Under the pieces are notes generated by a model. The model was not told where the DNA came from, did no database searches, and saw only the letters and a list, made by a program, of their open reading frames with translations. This document shows, in pieces, positions 24,201 through 32,460 of a stretch of 64,000 nt of DNA (the stretch's first letter is position 1; every line of letters starts with the position of its first letter). The position numbers and the translations under genes were made by a program. The DNA is from Kofleriaceae bacterium (GTDB lineage: Bacteria > Myxococcota_A > Polyangia > Haliangiales > Haliangiaceae). The DNA is taken from positions 64,001-128,000 of the forward strand of contig CBDCCZ010000018.1 of NCBI GenBank assembly GCA_965215005.1. Reading direction: 5' to 3'.

Positions 24201-27200
24201 CGCTCGCCCAGCGAGAGTTGCAACGCGCCGCGCACCATGGACAGCGCGCGCGATGACACGTCCTGCACGCGCTCCATTGCCTGATCCGCCACGCGCGCGG
24301 CCGCCTTGCCCAGGCGTGCGATGGCCGCGCGAAGCATCGGCAGGTGCACCAATGCCACCACCCCCGTCGCCGACGCTTTCTCGGGCAGAACCGCCAGGGC
24401 CACATCGTCTGCGCCCCAGAACGCCTGCAGCCACACGCTGCCGTCGGGCTTGCCGACCAGATCGAGCACCGCTTTGGGCGGCGCCGTGATCTCGAAGGGC
24501 GGCGCGAGCGGCTCGCCGCGGCCAGCGACGGTCGCGAGAACCTCGACGCCGCGACCGACGACGCCGGCGCCAGGCACGTCGATCATCAGCTCATCGGGCA
24601 CGACGCTCGACAGCCCCTCCTCGAGAAGACGCGGCAGCTGCCATAGCGCATAGCCGCGCGGTCCATCGGCGGCTTGCGGCACCCAGCGAAGCGCCAACGC
24701 GCCATTCTTGCAGCGCTCGCGGTCAACCTCCACCGAACTGAGCAGCGCGGGTGCGCCAGCCAGCGCGGGAGATGCGTTGGCCGCCGCCGTGGCCAGGGCA
24801 TCGAGCTGGAGCATGAAACGCAAGCCGCGGCCTCGCTCGTGTTGCGCAGCGGCATATAGCTCGAGCCGATTGTCCGCAGCGAACAGCTCAATCGTGACCG
24901 CATCGGCGGGCATGCCCAGAAGCCGGGAAGCCAACTCCGGCAGCGGCGCACTGCGCACGCCGCCGGCAGCCATCAGGTGCGGACGCAGCCAGTCGGGCGC
25001 GGCGATATTGGGCAGCGTGACCAGCGGCTCGCCCGCGGGCCGCGCCACCAAAACTTGATCGACGGCGCCGGTAGCCGCTGATGCGCCAGCGCCCATCTCG
25101 ATGGAGCCAAGTTCACCGCCGAGCTGCAGCTCGACCGGCACCAGGTCCATTGGGTCGGCGCCATCGAGGAGCGCCCACAGGTTGAAACCGACGAGCGGCC
25201 CCGGATCGAGGGCTTCGGCGTCGTAGATGCGCAGGATGCCGTCGCTACCCAAGTGCAGCCAGCGCCGCAGCGACTCGAATCCCGCCTCGGCAACCTCGCG
25301 GACGCGAACACCAAATCCTGCCAATGGACCGGTGAGGCGCCCGAGCAGCGCGGGCAGGTCGAGCTCGAAGCCGAGCTGGCGAGGGCCGAGTTGTGGCAGA
25401 AGGTCTGCGAGAAACGCGACGTCGATGCCGAGGCCGAGCCGCAGCGCCGGCGCGTCGATGGCGCAAAGGCGGCCCCAGATCGCGCCAACTGGCACGTCCG
25501 GTAGCGCGGGCAGCGCGCCGCTGAGGCGCGCCAGATAGGATTTGACCCGCGGCCAGGGAATCTCGAACTGGCTCAGTCTCGGCGCCTCCAGCCATGGCAG
25601 CTCGGGCAGCGACCACGCCGCACCCGCGCCGAGCTCGAGGCGGAAGCTTGGCAACCCGAGCCAACTGGGGTCCCATGGCCGAAATTTCGGCCCGTGGAGA
25701 TTGAGGTCGAACTCGAACCACGAGCCATCGAGCTCGAAGCGCAACCGGCCGCGCACGAACGAGAGCAGCCGGCGTCCGCCGCGCGCGAGCGCCTCCACCA
25801 GACGATCGGCCAGCCTCGCCGCCGAGGCGCCCAGCCGCCGCAACAGCGACAACAGGTAGTCGACGCCCACCGTCACCACCACGCCGCGCTCGGCTTTGGC
25901 GTGCAGCTGCAGCGCCAGCGTGCCGCTTCCCCAATAGATCGAAAGCCAAACCGGCCCCGGCTCCGCATCGCCGAGCACGGTTTGGCGCAATTGCTCGGCG
26001 CCCGGCAACTGCCATGCGTCCCCCACCTGCGCAACGCCTGGTGGCAGCACCGACGCGCCGCTCATGGTGCCGCCGTCGTAGTGGCTTACGCTGCCAGCTC
26101 TGCCAAGGTGCAGGCTCAGCTCGACCGGTCGAAGCCCACTAACGTCGCCACGCACCGCCGCTGCGACGACGCGGGCCGCGTCAAACACGACGAAGCTGTC
26201 ACGCTCTCCCAGCCTGCCCAAATCCAGCTGCACGCGCCCCGGCGCCGGACTCGACCAACGCGAGACCCAAGCCGCCAGCCACGGCGCGCTCGCCGGCACC
26301 AGCGCCTCGAGCTCCGCGGCCGTGAGCGCTGCGACCCGTGCGACGCCGGCGAGGATCTCGCCTGGCGTTAGCGTGACGACGTAGCCGCCCGGAGCTCCTT
26401 GCTCTTGAACGAACGCAATGAGCTCGCGGTTGGTCGCCACTACGATCAGCTCAACGTCTGCGTCGGCAATTGCCAGCCCGAGCGCATCCGACAGCGCGCG
26501 AGCCCGCGTGAGCTCGACGCCGGCAGGTGGTGCGTGGACGCGAGCAAGTCGCATCCCGCGAGCACCTATAATGCCGAGAAATCCTCCTTTGGGCACCGCC
26601 AAGGCTTCTGCCGCCGCGGACGTCTCCGTCGCCTCCGCGCTTCGCTGCTGCACCGCGAGCGCGGTCGACTCGTTGGGCGTCGCGACGGCGTCGGCGGCGT
26701 CGGCGGCGTGCAGCTTCCAGTCATCGTTCTGCGGCACCGCCGGCGGCGCGGCATTCGTCGATGGCCCCTGCACCACGCGCGCCGCCAGCGCGTCCGCGTC
26801 GCGCTCATAGGCATCACCGGCCTCGCCAACGCCGCCCTCGAGCTGCACGCCGCGGCGCTGTTGAAGGACGTGCGCGACCTCGTGCGCGGTCGTCTCTAAC
26901 GCGGGACTCTGGCCAAACACGATGTGCTCGCCACTGGCGTACGCCTCGGCACCCATGGCGCGCGCTGATCGTGCTGCGTCCGCACCGGTGTGCGCTTGAA
27001 TCGACGATAGGTCTTGGTCGACAAACGCCGGCTGCAGTCGCTCTAAGAAGGGCAGCGGCTCACTTGCGGTGCGGATTCCATCGGCGGCCGCTGCGTGCAC
27101 TTGCCCGGGCAACGCCGGATGCCGCCCCTTGCGCTGCACCTCCTCGTGCCGCGCCGGCGCGTGCTCCCGAGCCGACGGTGCGGCGTCGGTAGCCAGCGGA

Positions 27201-27670
27201 TGCTCGGCTTCGTCCGCAGGCAACCGCTGCGCCTGCTCTGCAGCTGACCCAGCAAGCGCGCCGTGGAGCTCCTCGACGCCAGCCTCGCCCAGCCGCCTAT
27301 GAAGCGCGCGCACGACTTCATCCTCGAATCGAGGTGTAGCCAAGCGCCGCTCGAGGAGCGCCTTATCCGCCGCGCTCAGCTGGCGTAACAAATACGACAG
27401 CGCCGCTGGATTGCTCGCAGCGCCAACGTTGACGATCATGGCCAGCGATCCGCTTGTAACCACGTCTAGAATGCGTGCAGCCGCCTCGCTGTCACTGGAA
27501 ACGGCCGCCTCGGCGCCGCTTCGCTGCACGGGGCTCCTGCCGCGACGCTGCGCGTTCTGAATAGCCGCCTCTCTCGCCACCCGAGTCGACTTGCCCGGAA
27601 CTCCGCGCGAGCCGAAAGAGTGCCCTTGCGGCTCCTCCTCCTTGTCGCTATCCGGCCGATATCGCCGCAT
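18245..27670 (-). CDS. Giant (~3,140 aa) DUF4157/eCIS-core domain protein with large internal repeats; candidate polymorphic effector
   Basis: Uninterrupted 9.4-kb ORF; DUF4157 signature LPF..RLQ..F..DLS.IQAHT...ARAMGAEAYASGEHIVF....TTAHEVAHVLQQ..YERDAD (~26780-27060); VQR motifs; start chosen at ATG 27670 (ORF is open to 27793). Confidence 0.85.
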   Translation of the reverse strand: MRRYRPDSDKEEEPQGHSFGSRGVPGKSTRVAREAAIQNAQRRGRSPVQRSGAEAAVSSDSEAAARILDVVTSGSLAMIVNVGAASNPAALSYLLRQLSAADKALLERRLATPRFEDEVVRALHRRLGEAGVEELHGALAGSAAEQAQRLPADEAEHPLATDAAPSAREHAPARHEEVQRKGRHPALPGQVHAAAADGIRTASEPLPFLERLQPAFVDQDLSSIQAHTGADAARSARAMGAEAYASGEHIVFGQSPALETTAHEVAHVLQQRRGVQLEGGVGEAGDAYERDADALAARVVQGPSTNAAPPAVPQNDDWKLHAADAADAVATPNESTALAVQQRSAEATETSAAAEALAVPKGGFLGIIGARGMRLARVHAPPAGVELTRARALSDALGLAIADADVELIVVATNRELIAFVQEQGAPGGYVVTLTPGEILAGVARVAALTAAELEALVPASAPWLAAWVSRWSSPAPGRVQLDLGRLGERDSFVVFDAARVVAAAVRGDVSGLRPVELSLHLGRAGSVSHYDGGTMSGASVLPPGVAQVGDAWQLPGAEQLRQTVLGDAEPGPVWLSIYWGSGTLALQLHAKAERGVVVTVGVDYLLSLLRRLGASAARLADRLVEALARGGRRLLSFVRGRLRFELDGSWFEFDLNLHGPKFRPWDPSWLGLPSFRLELGAGAAWSLPELPWLEAPRLSQFEIPWPRVKSYLARLSGALPALPDVPVGAIWGRLCAIDAPALRLGLGIDVAFLADLLPQLGPRQLGFELDLPALLGRLTGPLAGFGVRVREVAEAGFESLRRWLHLGSDGILRIYDAEALDPGPLVGFNLWALLDGADPMDLVPVELQLGGELGSIEMGAGASAATGAVDQVLVARPAGEPLVTLPNIAAPDWLRPHLMAAGGVRSAPLPELASRLLGMPADAVTIELFAADNRLELYAAAQHERGRGLRFMLQLDALATAAANASPALAGAPALLSSVEVDRERCKNGALALRWVPQAADGPRGYALWQLPRLLEEGLSSVVPDELMIDVPGAGVVGRGVEVLATVAGRGEPLAPPFEITAPPKAVLDLVGKPDGSVWLQAFWGADDVALAVLPEKASATGVVALVHLPMLRAAIARLGKAAARVADQAMERVQDVSSRALSMVRGALQLSLGERGSVEFDIAAQLGRLVESGFDATALAVSRFELHLEGLSVLSLPQIPWLQHGALGGFALPTERLAQLLRDMSLELPQVPLPNVRALLELVPGGGIGLGFDLDALAEQLPSLRGVQLGFELDLASLLERVGEVAGTLASRVRAALGKGMALARRYLHLGSDGILRLYDARAPGGVQVGFDLLRLVDGADAADLVPVELRAAAGDLGSIEMGAVATDATRPDTQVADRLLATRPDGAPVVTMTGIAAPAWLAPHLSAGGAAIASSGTMTVELFIDGHTARLFGRGEADTARGILVTLNAEALGAALGSRIQIPGLTLPITATVEIDRERCVDSAFALRFVGGDGAGAATGYALWRVDRLLQPGGLALASLVPEEVLLNVAGVGTVGLGVNTAAALAGKGEPLCEPLELETPPAIARTLVGKDEGSLWLQPFYADQHFSLALLASADADKGVIASVDVQFLLTKLEQLGRAGKAAAQRLLAALRTVGRKALRVIDGALRLECGEGFVEFDLVARLGSLLEGGFDLGRLIPSGLHFELDGIAISALPRIPWFTGEGGLGSVEFAAERLQTFLRALAVELPSVPLPDVRAALELLPDLRLGFGIDLSALTELLPSFPGGQLGFEFDVAGLLDRLGDAASGLASRMRAAAQKGLAGAQRYLHLGSDGVLRIYDASDPGSAHVAFDLLRLLDGIEPSDLIPVELRLGNEGVGEVLFGASEAASEAPSDELVVARPSGDSIVAVNVPAPAWLAAHLPEVGKRVATELFLPDDRAEIFANLGGRGLLLRVEVERLAAALRERVQLPVAGLAEAGDSIRIDPRLCRQKAGLAVRFGGGEKGAQTTGFVVYRLDRVIANGLSASDLIPDELHVERAAQFGLTLGAGISTRDKGRALAETVRLPGWLADSIGTEAVDVYGKGLAGGGDVSLTTVAAGTGEAATAPGLRLDLRRAFLEDLRAQLSEKLAGARRTIDRLARRGASAAIESIDVSFTASGLRIADRREENFLVYDYPTLIGALAGNAEPAELLPAHFRIAGKGMALEAQSLPPDALPKVEELAADAWARRVGDLPSLLQEPLAAVSVGAGDWLRLDPARSSLGEGEDASIVGQVYRGEPDGTIGAGIELRAAMNIELVLRTFLPQSVYQRLLHARHRKQASGVALGFTGDDAPTGVELRFSGTRGRGADAKTFALQAGWSLQTLLEILLHQREELLADPTLLVPTSIAGTVTTTSFSLTFTVGEGAVPAAEPVPVAAIPGFTSALSQIFGPAAADGASLYLELPDDLDTLLVEVMQGGFLPIATATLAIPSTTGRRTATYSLQLALSYQVLLKLARFLPAIGTAIKLAGLAADVIEDPVGTLEGIVHAPEAMYRMLRDGGEVLGNVPWEDMTIADVATMFAVSDIGIKEGVRAMRAIEALEGAGLLDLSNPRSLAQFRNNMQADPELIAKLVDWYSANQSKLGQLRAIEMEMQRLGIEVGEIDAATFDPVRATADLEHYEMTIKVVQAGYVAAKTGAERGDDSDEFRQQALRLDALLREYADVGTRASKSKDPELVDELASEGTLDVRRPDGALTNVADFDEPTAEERARAEALFSRGHRVADFQRDYLVQKYAALDAERLASLLTTGQCAGPGSAPITMTEDERSFVRHLWMVVMGVDPVAVEGGAALDADSDERAVALWRTGNALRAVSSTEAKQGAEAAEGKRDWIEHPEYASGSGSGSGSGSGSGSGSGASGSGRGGGVGNELEELTELNEELGSEAGESEGKGAGAAGAEPAPQGGIVSAVLGLHYVGLPANVFEQAVRWNGTSLVVDEDHLDQLRQLPLQTAEGYAVRMTTARAEVSESGLSSVPDDNIYSFKVALILAVQTEQGEVGDVIYRRLAFEAPAKGGDSPGAFYDFNDDLAESLRDILLFPHRDGVDRVQLGKTRTVQLEHYDAEILEVISIDTREAAGTVRYDVTVTIAPTEVREHAWRMLRDGSYARLREDEFVKTVCVITLDQSR
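19052..19102. repeat. (GCCACT)8 hexamer microsatellite encoding a (Gly-Ser)n linker
   Basis: Eight perfect copies plus a partial, read directly. Confidence 0.95.
21480..25960 (-). repeat. Three diverged ~1.5-kb (~500 aa) tandem repeats inside the giant ORF
   Basis: LHLGSDG(I/V)LR(I/L)YDA at ~25240, ~23725 and ~22225; GPVWLSIYW, GSVWLQAFW and GSLWLQPFY at ~25940, ~24430 and ~22930. Confidence 0.9.
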
Positions 27671-27726
27671 CGCTGTACTTTCGCATTTCGAGCTGGTTTC
27701 GGCGCGCCGCGCGCTCGGTTGCTTCT

Positions 27727-27779
27727 GTCCGGCTGCCCGGCTGGCGAACGGGGACCGGACGGCCGGCGGACACCCGGAC
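27727..27779. promoter_or_regulatory. Imperfect inverted repeat, candidate enhancer (UAS) for a sigma-54 activator
   Basis: GTCCGGCTGCCCG ... CGGACACCCGGAC (11/13 complementary), ~50-100 nt upstream of the -24/-12 site. Confidence 0.55.
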
Positions 27780-27826
27780 GCTGCAACTCGCACGGGTAAC
27801 TATCTGATTTTGTGGGCACCCCGCCG

Positions 27827-27841
27827 TGGCACGCGGCGTGC
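27827..27841 (+). promoter_or_regulatory. sigma-54 (-24/-12) promoter of the exporter operon
   Basis: TGGCACGCGGCGTGC = GG-N10-GC with a perfect TGGCACG; the operon encodes its own sigma-54 activator. Confidence 0.75.
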
Positions 27842-27870
27842 CTAGTGCTCCGTCGTGAGCATCGGCCAGC

Positions 27871-29145
27871 ATGCCGACGCCGATTCGCGATACCGCCGCT
27901 CAGGACCGCCCGCTCGAGCCGGCGCGGCGTTTCACACGCCGGCGTTTGTTCACCGCGTTGGCCGGCATCGCGGTTGTCGCAGCCGTATCCCTTGCCGGCG
28001 GCCGTTGGCTGTCCGGGGAGGGCTCGGTGGCAGCGGAGCGACTGCGCACCGCCAAGGTCACCCGCGGCACGCTGGTACGCGACGCGGCGGTTAGCGGACG
28101 AGTCGTCGCGGCGGTTAGCCCAACGCTGTATGCGCCGGTCGCGAGCACGGTGTCGCTCAAGGCGCGCGCCGGCGACACCGTCGCCGCGGGGGACGTGTTG
28201 GCGCAGCTGGCCTCGCCGGAGCTGGCCGGCGAGCTCGAGCGCGAGAAGGCGCGGCTCGAAGAGCTGCAAGCCCAACTCGGCAGCGCAAACATTGCCGCCG
28301 AGCAGCAGCGGCTGCTGGCGCGCCAGGAGGCGGATGAAGCAGCCATCGCCCTCACCACCGCACGGCGCGAGCTGCAAGGCACCGGGCGCGCGTGGAAAAA
28401 GGGAGCGGTACCACAGCTCGATTATCTGCGCGCCCAAGACGCTCTCGAGAGCGCCCAGGTGCGGCACGACAATGCCCGCGCCGCCGCCAAGCTCGGTGCC
28501 GAGAGCACCGTGTTTGAATTGGCGACGGTTGCGCAGCAAGTAACGCGACAGCGCCTGGCGGTCGCCGAGCTCGAGCGTCGCATCGCCGCTCTGGAGGTGC
28601 GCGCGCCGGTGAGCGGCATCGTCGGCACCATCGCGGTCGCCGATCGCGCGGTGGTCAGCCCCAATACGCCGCTGATGACGCTGGTCGACCTCAGCCAGCT
28701 CGAGGTCGAGCTCGAGGCTCCGGAAACGTATGCCGAAGAGCTCGGCATCGGCATGCCGGTCGAGATCCGCATCGGTAGCGACACCGCGAAAGGCACGGTC
28801 TCGGCGCTGTCGCCGGAGGTGGTCGACAACCGCGTGCTTGCGCGGGTGCGCTTTGCCGGTACGCAGCCGCCCGGGCTACGGCAGAGCCAGCGGGTCAGCG
28901 CGCGGATTCTCATGGACGAACGTCCAGGCGTGGTCATGGTCCCGCGCGGGCCGTTCCTCGAGGCCCATGGCGGCCGCTTCATCTACGTGGTCGAAGGCGC
29001 GCGAGCGGTTCGTCGAGCAATAGAGATCGGCGCCACCAGCGTGGAGAACGTGGAGGTCGCCAGCGGCCTGCAGCCGGGTGAGGTGGTGGTGATCGCCGGC
29101 AGCGATACCTTCGAAGACGCGTCCGCGGTGCGGCTCACTCATTGA
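27871..29145 (+). CDS. Periplasmic adaptor/membrane fusion protein (MacA/HlyD family)
   Basis: N-terminal TM, lipoyl-like halves (GDTVAAGDVLA; VRAPVSGIV), coiled hairpin, GLQPGEVVVI. Confidence 0.9.
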   Translation: MPTPIRDTAAQDRPLEPARRFTRRRLFTALAGIAVVAAVSLAGGRWLSGEGSVAAERLRTAKVTRGTLVRDAAVSGRVVAAVSPTLYAPVASTVSLKARAGDTVAAGDVLAQLASPELAGELEREKARLEELQAQLGSANIAAEQQRLLARQEADEAAIALTTARRELQGTGRAWKKGAVPQLDYLRAQDALESAQVRHDNARAAAKLGAESTVFELATVAQQVTRQRLAVAELERRIAALEVRAPVSGIVGTIAVADRAVVSPNTPLMTLVDLSQLEVELEAPETYAEELGIGMPVEIRIGSDTAKGTVSALSPEVVDNRVLARVRFAGTQPPGLRQSQRVSARILMDERPGVVMVPRGPFLEAHGGRFIYVVEGARAVRRAIEIGATSVENVEVASGLQPGEVVVIAGSDTFEDASAVRLTH

Positions 29146-29161
29146 AGTCAAGGAGCGCGAG

Positions 29162-29869
29162 ATGTTGGTGATGAAGAACCTCAGCAAACTGTATCGAACC
29201 GAGATGATCGAGACCCACGCGCTGCGCGGCATCGACCTCGAGGTGCGCGACGGCGAGTTCGTGGCGGTGACCGGACCATCGGGATCGGGGAAGACCACCT
29301 TCCTAAACATCGCTGGGCTCCTCGAGGAGCTGAGCGACGGCGAGTATCTGCTCGATGGCCAAGACGTGCGCGGCCTCGGCGACAACGTCCGCTCACGCCT
29401 GCGCAACGAGAAGATCGGCTTCATCTTCCAGGGCTTCAATCTGATCCCGGATCTAAACGTCTTCGACAACGTCGATGTGCCGCTGCGCTATCGCCGCATG
29501 GGCGGCAAGGAGCGCAAGCAGCGCATCGAACAGGCGCTCGAGCGGGTCGGGCTATCGTCGCGTCAGAAGCATTATCCGGCCGAGCTCTCGGGCGGTCAGC
29601 AACAGCGCGTCGCCATCGCGCGTGCGCTCGCTGGCGCCCCGCGCTTCCTGCTCGCCGATGAACCGACCGGCAATCTCGACTCGCAGATGGCCCGCAGCGT
29701 CCTCGAGCTACTCGAGGAGATCAACGCCGACGGAACCACGATCCTCATGGTCACCCACGATCCGGAGCTAGCGGCCCGAGCGCAGCGCAACGTCCACGTC
29801 GTCGACGGCCAGGTGAGCGACTTCATCGTTGAGCCGGTGCACCACTCGCTGCGCGCTAGCGCCGATTGA
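29162..29869 (+). CDS. ABC transporter ATP-binding protein (MacB/LolD type)
   Basis: GPSGSGKTT, LSGGQQQRVAIARAL, LLADEPTGNLD, VTHD. Confidence 0.95.
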   Translation: MLVMKNLSKLYRTEMIETHALRGIDLEVRDGEFVAVTGPSGSGKTTFLNIAGLLEELSDGEYLLDGQDVRGLGDNVRSRLRNEKIGFIFQGFNLIPDLNVFDNVDVPLRYRRMGGKERKQRIEQALERVGLSSRQKHYPAELSGGQQQRVAIARALAGAPRFLLADEPTGNLDSQMARSVLELLEEINADGTTILMVTHDPELAARAQRNVHVVDGQVSDFIVEPVHHSLRASAD

Positions 29870-29879
29870 GGAGATGCAG

Positions 29880-31203
29880 ATGCTCGCCTATTACCTGCGT
29901 CTAGGCTTCCTTCAACTGCGGTCAAGTCCGTTGCTGACGGCGCTGATGGTGCTCACGCTCGCCGTCGGCATCGCCGCCAGCATGTCGACGTTCGCGATCT
30001 TATACGCGATGTCGGGAGATCCCATTCCGCACAAGAGCGACCGCCTGTTCGTGCCGCTCCTGGACGTTCGCCCCGCCGACGAGCCCGACTCGGATCCCGA
30101 ACCGCCGACCCAGCTTACCTATCGCGACGCCATGGCACTCAGGGCCGCCGACAACGTCCTGCGACGCACCGCGATCATCGGTATCTCGCCGGCGGTCGAG
30201 CCCAATATCTCCTCGGAGAAGCCGTTTTTCGCTCACGGCGCCGCGGTCGACGCCGACTTCTTCGCCATGTTCGAGGTGCCGCTGGTGGCCGGCGGGCCAT
30301 GGTCGCGGGTGGATGACGAGCGCGGCGCCAAGGTCGTCGTCCTCCGCGAATCTCTCGCACGGCGGACGTTTGGCGGCGCCGATCCAATCGGCAAGAGCCT
30401 CGTTGTCGCCGCGGAGGAGTATGTCGTGAGCGGCGTCGTCGACGATGACTGGCAGCCGCTGCCGCGCTTCTAACCGGCTGATCGCCGGGCCGAGCGCCTT
30501 CGATGACCCCGAGATGATCTTCCTTCCCTTCACCACCGCGGTAGCGGCCGAAATGGAACCGCAGGGTAGCGTCGACTGCTACGGCACTCGCTCAGACGAT
30601 TTGCAGGGCTACCGCGCGCTCACCGAAGGGGAGTGCGTATGGATTCAGTTCTGGGTCGAGCTGGATTCCGCTGCGGCAGCTGCCGGGCACAGCGACTATC
30701 TCGCCGGTTACGTAGCTCAGCAGCGGGAGCTGGGACGGTTTTCGCGCCCCAATAACAACCGACTGCACAACGTCATGAGCTGGCTCGAAGAAAACGACGT
30801 GGTGTCAAGCGATGCGCGGCTGCAGACCTACCTGGCCTTTGGCTTCCTCTTGGTCTGTCTGGTCAATACGATCGGTCTCTTGTTGGCCAAGTTCACCGCC
30901 CGCGCCGGTGACATCGGCGTGCGCCGGGCCCTGGGCGCGCCGCGCCGCGCCATCTTCCAGCAGTACTTGCTCGAGGCAGGGGTCGTTGGGCTCGCCGGTG
31001 GATTGCTCGGCCTGCTGCTGACCTTCGGCTGTCTATGGCTCGTTGGCCGCCAATCCGATGAGCTGGGCAACTTGGCAAAGCTCGATTGGCTACTGCTCGT
31101 CATCACCTTCGTCCTTGCCGTGTCGGCCAGCTTTCTGGCGGGTTTGTTTCCAACCTGGCGCGCCTGTCAGGTGCAACCGGCGGCGCAGCTCAAGTCGCAG
31201 TAG
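29880..31203 (+). CDS. MacB/FtsX-family ABC permease; +1 indel at ~30472
   Basis: MacB periplasmic core plus DIGVRRALGA; TTC TAAC CGG becomes F-Y-R if one A is removed; SD GAGGAG 6 nt upstream. Confidence 0.88.
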
Positions 31204-31226
31204 CCAGCTCGAGAAGGGATATGACC

Positions 31227-32444
31227 ATGGAGATTCGGCCCATCCTCTCAGCGCTGCTGCGCTCCAAGACCGGCGCGGTCCTGATCGCAGCGCAGGTCGC
31301 CCTTACCCTCGCCATTATCGCCAATGCGCTGCACGTGGTAGAGGAACGCCTCGCCACCGCCGCGCGCCCCACCGGCGCTGATGAGCAGGGGCTATTTCAG
31401 CTCTACTATATGGCGGTCGGAGAGGTCGATGACCCAGCCGCGATGAAGCAGCGCGATCTAGAAATCCTGCGCGCCATTCCCGGTGTCATCGCCGCCGCCA
31501 GCATCAGTCAGGTGCCGCTCGGCCGCAGCGGCTGGAACATGGCCTTCACGGCCGATCCCAAGAACGATGCGACAAGCGCGTCGTTTTATTTTGGTGGCGC
31601 GGCGATGGTCGACGCCCTCGGCGTCACGCTGGGCGAGGGACGCGCCTTCACCGAGGACGACGTGGTCGAGATTGATTCGCAGCGGGCGAGGCCGGAGGCG
31701 GAGGTCGCGATGGTGACGCGCCATCTCGCCCAGCAGCTGTGGCCAACGGAGGGCTCGGTGGTCGGCAATACCATCTATCTTGGCTCGGGCGCCGACGCCA
31801 AGCCGATGCGCGTGATCGGGGTGCTCGACATGCTGATGAACCCCTGGGGACAGGTCTCTGACGAGGCGTACAAGGCGGTATTGATACCGGTGAATCATTT
31901 AACCAGCTCCGCCCAATATGTGGTTCGCGCCGAGCCCGGCCAGCGCGCGCGGGCGATGGCGGCGGCAGAGGAGCAGCTCAGCGCGCTGCGGGATGACCGC
32001 ATCCTTCTATCCAACCGCACGATGGACGAGCTGCGCACCGAGCGCTACCGCAATGAGCGGACGGGCGCCGGCCTGCTCATCGCCGTGAGCATTGGCCTGC
32101 TCCTGATCACCGGCAGCGGCATCGTCGGCGTCGCCAGCCTGTGGGTGAATCAACGGCGCAAGCAGATCGGTGTGCGCCGCGCCCTCGGCGCCCGGCGCAT
32201 CGACATCTTGCGCTACTTCGTTACTGAGAACCTGCTCATCACCACTGGCGGCACGGTTCTCGGCGTGGCCCTGGCCATCGTCCTCAATCAACTGTTGATC
32301 ACGCGCTTGGAGCTGGCGCCGCTGCCGCTCCGATATGTCGCCGCCTGCATGGTCTGCCTATGGGCACTCGGAATCGCCGCGGTGCTCGGTCCCGCTTGGC
32401 GCGCAGCAGCGGTTCCGCCGGCGGTGGCAACCCGCAGCGCCTGA
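31227..32444 (+). CDS. Second MacB/FtsX-family ABC permease
   Basis: MEIRPILSAL start, QIGVRRALGA, ENLLIT. Confidence 0.9.
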   Translation: MEIRPILSALLRSKTGAVLIAAQVALTLAIIANALHVVEERLATAARPTGADEQGLFQLYYMAVGEVDDPAAMKQRDLEILRAIPGVIAAASISQVPLGRSGWNMAFTADPKNDATSASFYFGGAAMVDALGVTLGEGRAFTEDDVVEIDSQRARPEAEVAMVTRHLAQQLWPTEGSVVGNTIYLGSGADAKPMRVIGVLDMLMNPWGQVSDEAYKAVLIPVNHLTSSAQYVVRAEPGQRARAMAAAEEQLSALRDDRILLSNRTMDELRTERYRNERTGAGLLIAVSIGLLLITGSGIVGVASLWVNQRRKQIGVRRALGARRIDILRYFVTENLLITTGGTVLGVALAIVLNQLLITRLELAPLPLRYVAACMVCLWALGIAAVLGPAWRAAAVPPAVATRSA

Positions 32445-32460
32445 GCGCTAAGCTCGCACG

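Noticed and set aside
27871..32444. Darobactin-like RiPP cluster, or type I secretion system for the giant protein
   Set aside because: No precursor peptide or radical SAM gene; the transporter is MacB/FtsX-type rather than HlyB-type, and the giant protein lacks RTX repeats.
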